64,000 bases of DNA, from IMG/VR virus record IMGVR_UViG_3300037313_000454, positions 33,490-97,489 of that record; one strand, given 5' to 3'. Source of the DNA: a virus. Its lineage: Duplodnaviria; Heunggongvirae; Uroviricota; Caudoviricetes. The translations under genes were made by a program, and so were the position numbers. The notes beneath the pieces were generated by a model. The model was not told the origin of the DNA. It did no database searches and worked only from the letters and a program-made list of their open reading frames with translations. Below are positions 47,761 through 56,386 of this stretch, one piece after another (position 1 is the stretch's first letter; every line of letters begins with the position of its first letter).

Positions 47761-48595
47761 GTGAATTCAATAGCGGTTGTTTAGCTAGCTCGAAGGCCGC
47801 TCTAGCCGCTATGTAAGATTTGGTCTGAACTTTGGCACGATGGGTTATACGACCGCGAGTGGAGGAAATAACGTAACCCTCAAAGTTATCTCTCGTCTCT
47901 TCCGCCAAGTTAGTGAAATCCTTGGCGGCATAACAGCGGGGCATAGGAACACGGTATTCGTTAGCCCAACGACGTTGGTCAATCCTAGACCATTCAGACG
48001 AATCCAGCGTGAACGATATCAATACCAGCCCTTGGTAGGGATAATTGACTACTTTCTTAGTCTGTTCAGACAGTATTTCAAAGGTTGGATACGCCGAACG
48101 CGCCCATTTTATACCGTTATCATTAACCCATTTGGTAGCCCATTCTGATACAGGGTCTTCAAATCCACGGCGAGTGACCACGCCATAGTGTGTGCGGTAA
48201 CCGTTGGTGGTGTACTGCCAACCCAATCCCTGCTCACCGTCTACTTTTTCGTATACCTGAACGTAAGACGGGTCTTCTTCTTTCCATTCTTTATAGGTGC
48301 GAAGTGTAGTACAGCGGGATTTTAGCACAGGGTCGTTAACCGCACCGCGAAGCGGGTAGATACGCGATATGGCGCGAGAGATGATGTTATGACGAAGGTC
48401 GCTCTCTTCGCCATGGTACATCAGCATGTCAAACTTATCTAAATGCGGCCCCCACGAGCGGGATTTATCAACCGCTTCCCTGTCAACAACCAACAGAGTC
48501 AGCGGCAGGTTTGGGTGCTTGAATTTCTTGTACCAGCCACTAGCCACATATTGGTCGAGAACGGCTGGGGCGTAAATGTCTTCCAACCAAGGCAT
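47732..48595 (-). CDS. putative ATP-dependent RNA/nucleic-acid ligase (nucleotidyltransferase motifs)
   Basis: Motif I-like EKVDGEQG (KxDG), motif IV-like EGYVISS and motif V-like HRAKVQTK. Confidence 0.4.
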   Translation of the reverse strand: MPWLEDIYAPAVLDQYVASGWYKKFKHPNLPLTLLVVDREAVDKSRSWGPHLDKFDMLMYHGEESDLRHNIISRAISRIYPLRGAVNDPVLKSRCTTLRTYKEWKEEDPSYVQVYEKVDGEQGLGWQYTTNGYRTHYGVVTRRGFEDPVSEWATKWVNDNGIKWARSAYPTFEILSEQTKKVVNYPYQGLVLISFTLDSSEWSRIDQRRWANEYRVPMPRCYAAKDFTNLAEETRDNFEGYVISSTRGRITHRAKVQTKSYIAARAAFELAKQPLLNSLDKELVVAV

Positions 48596-48603
48596 CGTCG
48601 CTC

Positions 48604-49491
48604 CTAAGCGATGTGCTTAAAGTTTTCCCAACGGGGTTTCATGTCTTCGTCGAGACGGGGCGCGAACTTCTCAAGCGTCTCCATCTTGTCGTTCTTGAGG
48701 ATGCGCTTGGCCACCACAGCCGCGTCGAAATCGACGTTCTGGTAAGCCCGGAAGAACTTGACCAGCTTTTGGAACTTAGCTTCCTTCGTTCCCCGCAGCG
48801 GCAGCATCGTCTTGGCGAAGCCGGGATTCAACGCCGCCAACTTGGTCGCCGTGAGCATAATCATGGCGTTGTGCGGGTCAAACAACCAACTGCACGGTGT
48901 GCGGTACTCGGTGCGGTAGAAATGCGTTCCGTCCGCACTTTGCGTCTGTGTGTTTGCAATCGCCGTAGCGCCGAACTGACCGTAACCAGCCGGGTCAGTA
49001 CGCCGTCTGTCAGATTCTTCGCCGGGAAGCAAGTCGATGCTTTCCATGACTTCCGTGATGCGGTCACAGGCGTTCAGCCGCTCATCGAACACCTTGTCGG
49101 GGACACCATGCTTGCCTTTGAACGGCAGTTCCAGATGGATGTGGCCACCAATGGACATGTGACGTGGCGACCGAGAATATTCATCTTCCACCGGGGCGTT
49201 GGTATGTGTCACGACAGACGTGTACGGCACAAACGCTCCACTACGCCAGCGGAACTTACGGAACGGGCGTCCGGTCGGGCTTTCAAGGATGTCCTTGAGT
49301 TCATTGACGATGTCGGACGTGAAGTAACTGGCTGGGGGACGAAGCTCCACGCAATAGCCGCCGTGGTCTGCCCCGAAGCCCGATGAATTCACGTTACCGA
49401 CGGTGATGAGAGTGGTCGGGTTCTGCGGGTCTACCACGCAGAATTCCGGGTCACAACCCACTTTAAACGGGTTGACGTGCATTTTTTGCAT
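48604..49491 (-). CDS. amidoligase-like protein (glutamine-synthetase fold)
   Basis: VGCDPEF, GYCVELRP and GGHIHLELP blocks. Paralogous to the C-terminus of 45409..47076. Confidence 0.4.
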   Translation of the reverse strand: MQKMHVNPFKVGCDPEFCVVDPQNPTTLITVGNVNSSGFGADHGGYCVELRPPASYFTSDIVNELKDILESPTGRPFRKFRWRSGAFVPYTSVVTHTNAPVEDEYSRSPRHMSIGGHIHLELPFKGKHGVPDKVFDERLNACDRITEVMESIDLLPGEESDRRRTDPAGYGQFGATAIANTQTQSADGTHFYRTEYRTPCSWLFDPHNAMIMLTATKLAALNPGFAKTMLPLRGTKEAKFQKLVKFFRAYQNVDFDAAVVAKRILKNDKMETLEKFAPRLDEDMKPRWENFKHIA

Positions 49492-49642
49492 ACGCTGTGT
49501 CCTTTGGGAAAAGGTTTCATTGTCAAGCGGTTAGCCGCTTCGTGAGACACTGAATTCCTCACAATCTTAAACGGTTGCGACCCGTTTTAAAAGAAAGGTG
49601 TACTCTCAGTGACTCACGCAGAGGCTAACTCTGCGCTGGTTG

Positions 49643-50449
49643 TTACTTAACCGGAAGCGTCGGCACTGCATTCCCGCCGACTAGGAACGTACAAGTCGAA
49701 TGCGAACAGGCGTCGCGCTGCATCTTGATTGTCTCAAGGGCAATGTATTGCTGGGGACTCAGTTGCATGGCGACACGATAGGCATTGTCAGCTTCAGCAC
49801 GGCTCAACTCTGCCGCTTTACGCTGGTCTTCAGCCAATTTGCGCTGTTTCTCTGTGTTCACCCGTTGTTCTTGTGCCGCCGTCTCGATACGCTGGCTCTT
49901 GATAGAGTCCGGGGGATTGGCTTTTCCGACCGTGACCTGAATCAGCTTGATAGGCAGACCGGAGTCTCGGATGTACTGTTCCATTGCGCCGGACACTTCA
50001 TTGTCGATGGCTTCAATGGCCGTGGTACTGATAGCGGTTTCGTTCATTCCGTGTTTTCGCACAGCTTGTCGGACACGGTTGCGGAACTCCATCTCCACGT
50101 TTTTGTCATACCACTTGTCACCGAATTTACTGATAAGAGTTACGGAGTCAGTGACTTGCAGTCGGATGATTCCATCGAAGTCCAGTGGTACACCGTCGGA
50201 CGACATCAAGTCGTCGAAGTGTACGGAGAACTGTTGCGGCTGCATGTTCACCACTACCTCTTCTGTGCTGATGGCGATAACCTGCCGACCAGCCTTGACG
50301 GGCTGGGGGTCAACGCCACCGCTGCCGAAGATGTAGGGCTTTTTGATAAGCACCGCTTCATGCCCCGCATCGGGGGCTGAGAATCCACAGCCGATGAGTG
50401 ACAGAGACAGCACCAAGATGAAGGTGAGAGTTGTCAGTGTTTTTGTCAT
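49643..50449 (-). CDS. SPFH/band-7-like lipoprotein
   Basis: Lipobox LSLSLIGC. Central SPFH-like region. C-terminal coiled coil. Confidence 0.45.
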   Translation of the reverse strand: MTKTLTTLTFILVLSLSLIGCGFSAPDAGHEAVLIKKPYIFGSGGVDPQPVKAGRQVIAISTEEVVVNMQPQQFSVHFDDLMSSDGVPLDFDGIIRLQVTDSVTLISKFGDKWYDKNVEMEFRNRVRQAVRKHGMNETAISTTAIEAIDNEVSGAMEQYIRDSGLPIKLIQVTVGKANPPDSIKSQRIETAAQEQRVNTEKQRKLAEDQRKAAELSRAEADNAYRVAMQLSPQQYIALETIKMQRDACSHSTCTFLVGGNAVPTLPVK

Positions 50450-50483
50450 TGTTTTCCTTTTCTACCACAAAATCTTTATTTTG

Positions 50484-50729
50484 TCAAGCTTTTTCTAGAC
50501 CCAGCTTCTTGCGCCTGTTGTGCCACCGCCTAGCCGCCCGTCTAGCGGCTTGTTCATCATAAGGCTTACCTTGGCCTTCTCTATGCTTCGCACACAGGTT
50601 TACGACCACCGTATCCGCAGGCTTACCGTGGTAGATTTCATGCTCACCGTGGAAGATGAACAGGGGTTCGGCGTGAATCTCAGTGCAACGCACTAAGTCT
50701 TCATCTAATGCTTGGCATCTGGTACTCAT
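50484..50729 (-). CDS. hypothetical protein
   Basis: 81-aa ORF. Confidence 0.4.
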   Translation of the reverse strand: MSTRCQALDEDLVRCTEIHAEPLFIFHGEHEIYHGKPADTVVVNLCAKHREGQGKPYDEQAARRAARRWHNRRKKLGLEKA

Positions 50730-50974
50730 GCGGCTGGTTCTCCAAATTCAATAGTGCCATCGTCGTTTATACAGAGCCAAATCTCTTCGTCACCAAAGTC
50801 TAAATGAAGCCACAAACTAGACCGTTCTCCTTTTAGACCGGAGACACGACATAGATGTGGGTTCTGGATGAATTCCCTTAGCGATTTCTTAAACTCTTCC
50901 ATGTTGTTACCATTCAACATGAAACAGGTGTTAGCTTTTGGTTCTATTTTGCCGTAAAAGTGCGTGATTGCCAT
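50726..50974 (-). CDS. hypothetical protein
   Basis: 82 aa. Its ATG is the ATG of the AACTTTATG motif that follows the upstream tRNA-like RNA. Confidence 0.45.
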   Translation of the reverse strand: MAITHFYGKIEPKANTCFMLNGNNMEEFKKSLREFIQNPHLCRVSGLKGERSSLWLHLDFGDEEIWLCINDDGTIEFGEPAA

Positions 50975-50983
50975 AAAGTTATT

Positions 50984-51234
50984 GGGGTGACCGACGGGAA
51001 TTGAACCCGCGTAACGTCGGTAATAAGTAGCTTCCCTGTAATCAGGGACGAAAAGCTGTTTACGGAATGAGCCGGATTAGCACTTGGACATTGTCACAGG
51101 CGTTCACCATGAATCTTGAGCGGTTACTAGCTTTCGGAACTAGTCACTCGGCATTACGGTCTGACCGCATAACTTACTTCTTTTCAACTACTTATGACCG
51201 ATATGTTGTCTTCACCGTTTAAACGACGGTCACC
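50984..51234 (-). ncRNA. tRNA-like-bracketed structured RNA (Y-RNA-like family), about 250 nt, CCA encoded
   Basis: 5' G-GTGACCG at 51227-51234 pairs with the 3' CGGTCAC that follows T-arm GCGGG-TTCAATT-CCCGT. Discriminator C and CCA are at 50984-50986. An extra 5' G faces C73. Confidence 0.45.
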
Positions 51235-51239
51235 ATACC

Positions 51240-51614
51240 TTAATTCGTGAAATGTTGAATGCCCTTGTAAACCCCGTCCGCTATGAGAATGTCATGTTGC
51301 GACAAGTCACGTACCTCACCGACGTAAGCCAGTGCCTCTACAAAAGTATCCCCGACCAAAACTTTGACCGGGACTTTGTGATACCCAATCTCAAGGCGGT
51401 CGATGTAATGCATTGCCTTGTCTGTGACTTCGTAAAGTTCACCCTTTACTTTGTATGAGTCGTATGGTATCGCGGCTGGTACGCCGCCGTAGATAAGGAA
51501 AAGAGCGTAGTTACGAAGGGTGGCTTCCCCTAGGAAGCGGGACTGGGTGAGGGACAGGTACTTGTGATTGGCGTAATGCCGTTTGAGAGTGCCGTAGACA
51601 AAGAGCTTGGTCAT
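51240..51614 (-). CDS. gamma-glutamyl cyclotransferase (AIG2/GGCT-like)
   Basis: N-terminal FVYGTLKR, the YGTL signature. Confidence 0.6.
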   Translation of the reverse strand: MTKLFVYGTLKRHYANHKYLSLTQSRFLGEATLRNYALFLIYGGVPAAIPYDSYKVKGELYEVTDKAMHYIDRLEIGYHKVPVKVLVGDTFVEALAYVGEVRDLSQHDILIADGVYKGIQHFTN

Positions 51615-51694
51615 AGGCGGCTTTTTACGAAGGCTCTAAGCCCTCATCGGGGTTGGATGGATGTGGTGCTGGGGTGTAGTTTTTCATAAAGGAT

Positions 51695-51901
51695 TTAACC
51701 GGGGTAGACGCAATTTATCGCCACAGTGTGTAAGACATCTTTGCCAAAATACTCGTCTTGGCGTGTGACTTCGACTTCGATGCAGTCAACCTTTGTTAGA
51801 ATCTCTTCAACAAGAGCCATTAGCTGTTTTTTAGCCGCTTCATGCTGTTGCTTTCTGCGTTCATCGTCACCGCCGCAGAAGTCATAACTGTCATAAGTCA
51901 T
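51695..51901 (-). CDS. hypothetical protein
   Basis: 68-aa ORF. Confidence 0.35.
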   Translation of the reverse strand: MTYDSYDFCGGDDERRKQQHEAAKKQLMALVEEILTKVDCIEVEVTRQDEYFGKDVLHTVAINCVYPG

Positions 51902-52791
51902 GCGTAGAACTCCAAGTGTACGTCCGCTATCAGCTTCGATATAGCGGCACGGTCTACTTTTTCAGGTAGGGAAGATTTGTCACGGGCTTTCTCAGCCTCA
52001 GCGCGGATTTGCTCACCCATTTCCTGTAGCTCGGTCAGCTTGTACTTACCGCGCCGAATATCTTTTAACACTTCGACTTCAGGCCGGGGATAGGTGATTC
52101 GTCCATCTTCCATCAACTCTTTCGCCTCAGACAGCAGCCGGATGATGTGCATGGCATACTTGGTATCGTAGCCATACAAATCAACGAGCTTATCGCGGTT
52201 GATATTCTTCTGTCCCCTGAGTCCCATGAGGCGTTCCATCTGGTCTTGGGCGTAATAGATGAACGGCCAGTAATGGGACTTGGCAAGGAAAATCAATGTA
52301 TTGTCGAGAATACGTTGCCATGGTTCCAGTACAAGTTTTTCTTCGCCGTCACCGTCACATACAGTACAAGGTTCAACATCATAGGATGTTTCGCCAGCAC
52401 CGTAACAACGGTAGCAAATATCGTTATGCTCTTTTGTGTACTGGAACTCTAAGGTGGAAAACAGGAAGCTGAGGACGGTGGGATTGCCCTTAGCCACCAT
52501 ACCAGCCCACTTCTGCAAACTGTGCAGGGCAATGTCTACTTCGCCCGGTTCGCGTTCACCACGACTACGTTTGGTAGTGTCGCCGGGATAGACGAAATGC
52601 TCGAACGCGTCGATGCCCAGCGTCTTCTCTTTGGGTGGGATGAAGATACCGTAGTAATCGGTGTCGCTCTGACCGCCACAATCATCAGCCCGTGCCCCAT
52701 GTTGCGTGGAGCCGCCGATAAAGGCCATGATGAGATTGTCAGGGTAAGGAAAGCCGTGTTTGGCTAGGATTTCTTGAATGGACATATTCAC
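51898..52791 (-). CDS. Pol-beta-superfamily nucleotidyltransferase
   Basis: GGSTQHGARADDCGGQSDTDYYGIF is the hG[GS]...D.D nucleotidyltransferase signature. C-terminal Cys cluster. Confidence 0.5.
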   Translation of the reverse strand: MNMSIQEILAKHGFPYPDNLIMAFIGGSTQHGARADDCGGQSDTDYYGIFIPPKEKTLGIDAFEHFVYPGDTTKRSRGEREPGEVDIALHSLQKWAGMVAKGNPTVLSFLFSTLEFQYTKEHNDICYRCYGAGETSYDVEPCTVCDGDGEEKLVLEPWQRILDNTLIFLAKSHYWPFIYYAQDQMERLMGLRGQKNINRDKLVDLYGYDTKYAMHIIRLLSEAKELMEDGRITYPRPEVEVLKDIRRGKYKLTELQEMGEQIRAEAEKARDKSSLPEKVDRAAISKLIADVHLEFYA

Positions 52792-52994
52792 CTTCCCGGT
52801 GACATGTTAATGTACATCATTTCACCGCACTCACAGCGCACGTCAATGTCACTAATCCAGTTTGCTAACTCTGGAAAAACATGGATGATACCACATTTTT
52901 GACATCTACGTTCAAAACCTGTTTGCCCGTGGTCAACCATACGGACTGGTTCACGTTTACCGTTGATAAGAGCGGTGACAGAAAAGACTCTCAT
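52788..52994 (-). CDS. zinc-ribbon protein
   Basis: CQKCGI...CECGE. Confidence 0.4.
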   Translation of the reverse strand: MRVFSVTALINGKREPVRMVDHGQTGFERRCQKCGIIHVFPELANWISDIDVRCECGEMMYINMSPGR

Positions 52995-53239
52995 CCTGTT
53001 TTCCTTGACGGGCCAGTGATACAGGGTGGTAATGTACCTTCATACAAATCCACCCCGAAGTTACCATCATCGTCCCAGCAAAAGCGCAACTCCCCACCAG
53101 CTTTCAGCGGGAAACACACTTGTAGTGCAAAACAGCCGTGGTATTCATAGCCGCCGGGAATGGTGGCAAGGCCACGAAGTATCTTGCGAATTAAATCCTC
53201 TGGCATCTCGCTGAGGTCGAAGTTAGGCGGTGTTTTCAT
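52991..53239 (-). CDS. hypothetical protein (internal Met start preferred)
   Basis: The track ORF 52991..53476 overlaps 53328..53651. The internal Met at 53239 removes the overlap. Confidence 0.3.
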   Translation of the reverse strand: MKTPPNFDLSEMPEDLIRKILRGLATIPGGYEYHGCFALQVCFPLKAGGELRFCWDDDGNFGVDLYEGTLPPCITGPSRKTG

Positions 53240-53327
53240 ATGAGTGCATACTGTGCGGGAACAAACGGGCACGGTGTATTTTCGTAAAAGGAAGTAACCG
53301 AGTCCTTCACCACGCACAGTGAGGTTT

Positions 53328-53651
53328 TTAAAGCCCTGCGGCGGAAATGGAAACGCCAAGCCAATAACCAGCGGCTTGACGGGTGCGCTGCGGCATTTCT
53401 TTGTTCTTGTAGATGTTCTCCAAGACGCGGGTCTTGACCCCCATACCACCATCGACAACGCCAGTGAACTTGTCACTGTTCAGACGGGCTACGGCGATGC
53501 CACGGCCACGTTCTTTGTTAAAGTTGTCAAGGGGATTGCGGGTGGCAACGGCGAACTTGATTTTTCCGTCTTCGAGAAGGGTGGAAGCGACCGCAGCCAC
53601 AGGGTGGCCGTGGAGATTGCGGAGATAGAACAGCTTTACTTTCTGAGGCAT
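53328..53651 (-). CDS. hypothetical protein
   Basis: 107 aa. RBS aacaggag. First gene downstream of the Y-RNA-like array. Confidence 0.45.
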   Translation of the reverse strand: MPQKVKLFYLRNLHGHPVAAVASTLLEDGKIKFAVATRNPLDNFNKERGRGIAVARLNSDKFTGVVDGGMGVKTRVLENIYKNKEMPQRTRQAAGYWLGVSISAAGL

Positions 53652-54553
53652 AGAACTCCTGTTAGCTCTACTTTACAGCTTATGGGATTATTGCCGACGG
53701 GAACAGGCGAAAACGGATATTTTCGTGTGCTACCGTTACACTAACGCCCTACCGATTAGGCAGGACGTATGGGAGTCGAACCCATACCACGTCATCCAGA
53801 GTGAAGTAACCGTTCTCTTCACCACGTCAGCAAACTTTAAGGGCGGGAACAGGCGACAAGGCTCTTTTTGCCGATTGCTCTACCAGACTGAGCTATCTCC
53901 CTCACATTCTTAGGGAGAGTGGGATTCGAACCCACGACCCATCGTTCCGATTGAAGTATTCCTTATCTACACCACGCCCAAACTTTAAGTGAAGGGAACA
54001 TTTGGTAACAGGTATGCCGTGTCCTTTGGCGATTCTTTACCCCTTGCGGGGCGGGGACGGACTCATACCCTTCGCATGTAAGAAGTAACTGTTACACATC
54101 ACCACTTCACAAACTTATGCGTGACCCCGTTATTCAGGCAATCAAAGCCCGATTAAAATGCCAGCACCAAGCCTTTCGACAAGGGGGAGGCCAACATGCG
54201 TTATGGGTTCTAGGGACGATTACTCTCCATACATCGTCACCAAAGGTCACGCTTGGCAGGGCAAGTCATAAGCTTCCTATCCCTGCAAACTTAGCTTAGG
54301 AGAACAAGCGACACGGCACGTTTATTCACCAATTGAAGAAGTATCCGTATCTTTCACTACCTAAGCAGAATTTACTCGGGGCACTCGGATTCAGTTGAGT
54401 CTGAGCTAGGTGAGGTTACGGATTAGCCTAGCTTTTGTAGCTCTTGCACCACCGTAACGATACGGCAAGAGACGTACTTACAGAGTAACTGTCGTCTCGA
54501 ACGCTTTTACACTAGCCCCGAACTTTGAAGTCCCGCAGTGTATCCAGTTGCGC
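53652..54553 (-). ncRNA. tandem array of Y-RNA-like tRNA-mimic modules (at least 4 units)
   Basis: 900-nt ORF-free region. Units are delimited by (T)TAAAGTTTG at about 53831, 53979, 54110 and 54286. Two units carry T-arm (GTGGG-TTCGAAT-CCCAC; ATGGG-TTCGACT-CCCAT) plus 3' acceptor strand, then 8-10 nt, then the complementary 5' acceptor strand plus D-arm (AGGGAGA-TA-GCTC-AGTCTGGTA-GAGC; AGGGCGT-TA-GTGT-AACGGTA-GCAC). Unit ends pair with each other. Confidence 0.5.
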
Positions 54554-54874
54554 TTATGCTCCTGTTTTTTGAGAACCTATTAACGCTGATACATCTGACC
54601 AAGACTTATTATTGCGAAGATGATAGGTGCTGTCTTCACATCCTTCACAATAACTAATCACCTTATTATCTACCAAGATATCTACTTGCTCATTCGTGAC
54701 TATGCGCCATACATAAGGCACAGTCTCGCTGGCAATTACTGCGTCATATGGATATTTATCCCACGGTAATTCAGGAACATATCCTATGACTTTCTCTTTG
54801 TAGATAAGAGGTAGCATTCGTCTGAACATTGTATCGCCACACAAACTTTTATCTGTAGAGGAACAAGCGAACAC
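54554..54874 (-). CDS. hypothetical protein
   Basis: 106-aa ORF between the Rsr-like gene and the ncRNA array. Confidence 0.45.
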   Translation of the reverse strand: MFACSSTDKSLCGDTMFRRMLPLIYKEKVIGYVPELPWDKYPYDAVIASETVPYVWRIVTNEQVDILVDNKVISYCEGCEDSTYHLRNNKSWSDVSALIGSQKTGA

Positions 54875-54999
54875 AGTGTTTTGTCGTCTTTGATTGTCGA
54901 AGTAACTGTGTTCTTCACCATCTACAGGTATTTCATGATGCGGCGTTCATCTAGCCCCTATGGTGGGGCACATGGTCATTACTAACCGCACCATGAAAC

Positions 55000-56355
55000 T
55001 TAATCTTCGTTCTCAGTGGCCAGAATGAAGTCTACCACAGCTTCAGACCATCCGTCCACATGCTTCCATTTGCCGTAACCGACGCCATTCTGATAGGCAG
55101 CCACGTTGATAACGTAGCCCTTGTCGGTCAACGGGTTGGACAACGCCTGATGCGACTGCTCATCCGTGAGGATGATAAGGCGGTCATAGCCTTCCTTGTC
55201 CGCAACCAGCTTGGCGCGTTCGGTATACGTACCACCACCGAACTGACGCATGATAGCGTCACGCAAGGCAAATCCACGCCGTGCCGGAACCAGCTTGGCA
55301 TCGTTGGCGAACGTGTACACAACCACGCTCTCGCAAATCTCTCGGAGCAGGATAGCCAATCCGTTCGCAGCGTCGATACGGCTCAACTCCGACTTACTGG
55401 AGATAGCCGAAGTCATCGAACCCGATACGTCAATGAGCAGCACCGTCTTGCCCTTGAGTTTAGGGGCATCGGCCACACACTTGAACATGGCCTCTTCCAA
55501 GTACGGCTCAAACTTGGGTGCATACTTTGCAGCCGAGATGAACCGGAACGGCAACACACGCTCGGTGTTCATGGACTGCAAGCCATCGACAATGACGCGC
55601 TCCTCAACGCCCGACTGAATCATGTTCCGCAGGTTACGGAGCATGGCCAGCGCACCCAGCTTCTTCTCTTGGATGAGGCGAGTGAACGTAGCAGCTTTGT
55701 CTGCACCAGCGGACAGGGCGACTTCCCATGTATCCGGCGACGTAAGTGTGTTCTCGGCCAACATCTTGTACGTCTCGATGCATGGCGCGGTATCTCCGAC
55801 TTCCGGCCCCCAACCCGGAGTACGCTTTTCTTTGCGCGGGTCAGGATGCGTCAAGAACATAACGTCCCGCAGCTTCACAGCCCCATCACGGTTGTACTTG
55901 GCAAGGCTGTAGCGGTTGAACTTGTAGAACGCCCGTGCCAAGCCCTTCTTCACCTGTGCCGAAAGAGGCTGACGGCCATCCTTCCAATAGATGGCAAGGA
56001 ACTCGGTCAGTTCATCGGGACGCTGAATGATGCGCTCCAACGTGTCTGCTACCAACAGACGGGCTTCTTTGCTCCCCCGCGCCAATTCACGGGCAAGGAA
56101 CAGCGGTACGTGACGCAGCTTGAACTTCTCACGCGCCTCTACCGCGACATTAGCCACATCTTGGGGCTTGTTGTTCTTGATAGCCTCAGCCAGCACTTGG
56201 GCGTGGCTTTGGCCGTCGATGTAGAAGCTGTCTTCCCACAGAAGGCAGCACATCACCAACCGACGAAGCTGTTGGAGCGGGTTGATTCGCTTGGCCACCG
56301 CACCCTCATAGGTGCGCGGAGCAGCCGTAGCGATACGTTTATTCAGGGTCGCCAT
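55000..56355 (-). CDS. rsr: Ro60/Rsr ortholog (TROVE domain + von Willebrand A domain)
   Basis: TROVE-like blocks LRRLVMCCLLWEDSFY, PLFLARELA and MLRNLRNMIQSGV. vWA MIDAS motif LLIDVSGSM. 451 aa. Encoded just upstream of the tRNA-mimic RNA array. Confidence 0.7.
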   Translation of the reverse strand: MATLNKRIATAAPRTYEGAVAKRINPLQQLRRLVMCCLLWEDSFYIDGQSHAQVLAEAIKNNKPQDVANVAVEAREKFKLRHVPLFLARELARGSKEARLLVADTLERIIQRPDELTEFLAIYWKDGRQPLSAQVKKGLARAFYKFNRYSLAKYNRDGAVKLRDVMFLTHPDPRKEKRTPGWGPEVGDTAPCIETYKMLAENTLTSPDTWEVALSAGADKAATFTRLIQEKKLGALAMLRNLRNMIQSGVEERVIVDGLQSMNTERVLPFRFISAAKYAPKFEPYLEEAMFKCVADAPKLKGKTVLLIDVSGSMTSAISSKSELSRIDAANGLAILLREICESVVVYTFANDAKLVPARRGFALRDAIMRQFGGGTYTERAKLVADKEGYDRLIILTDEQSHQALSNPLTDKGYVINVAAYQNGVGYGKWKHVDGWSEAVVDFILATENED

Positions 56356-56386
56356 AGATTCTCTCTTTTTCTAGGAATGGAACTAC

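Noticed and set aside
50459-50487. TTGACA-17-TAGAAA promoter candidate upstream of the SPFH lipoprotein gene
   Set aside because: The -10 directly abuts the RBS (aggaaaac), so the predicted TSS would fall inside the RBS. The -10 hexamer is weak.
50984-51234. Group I intron inside a tRNA gene
   Set aside because: Inserts of 160-330 nt lack recognisable P/Q/R/S core elements. The flanks do not form a canonical D-arm/anticodon-arm 5' exon.
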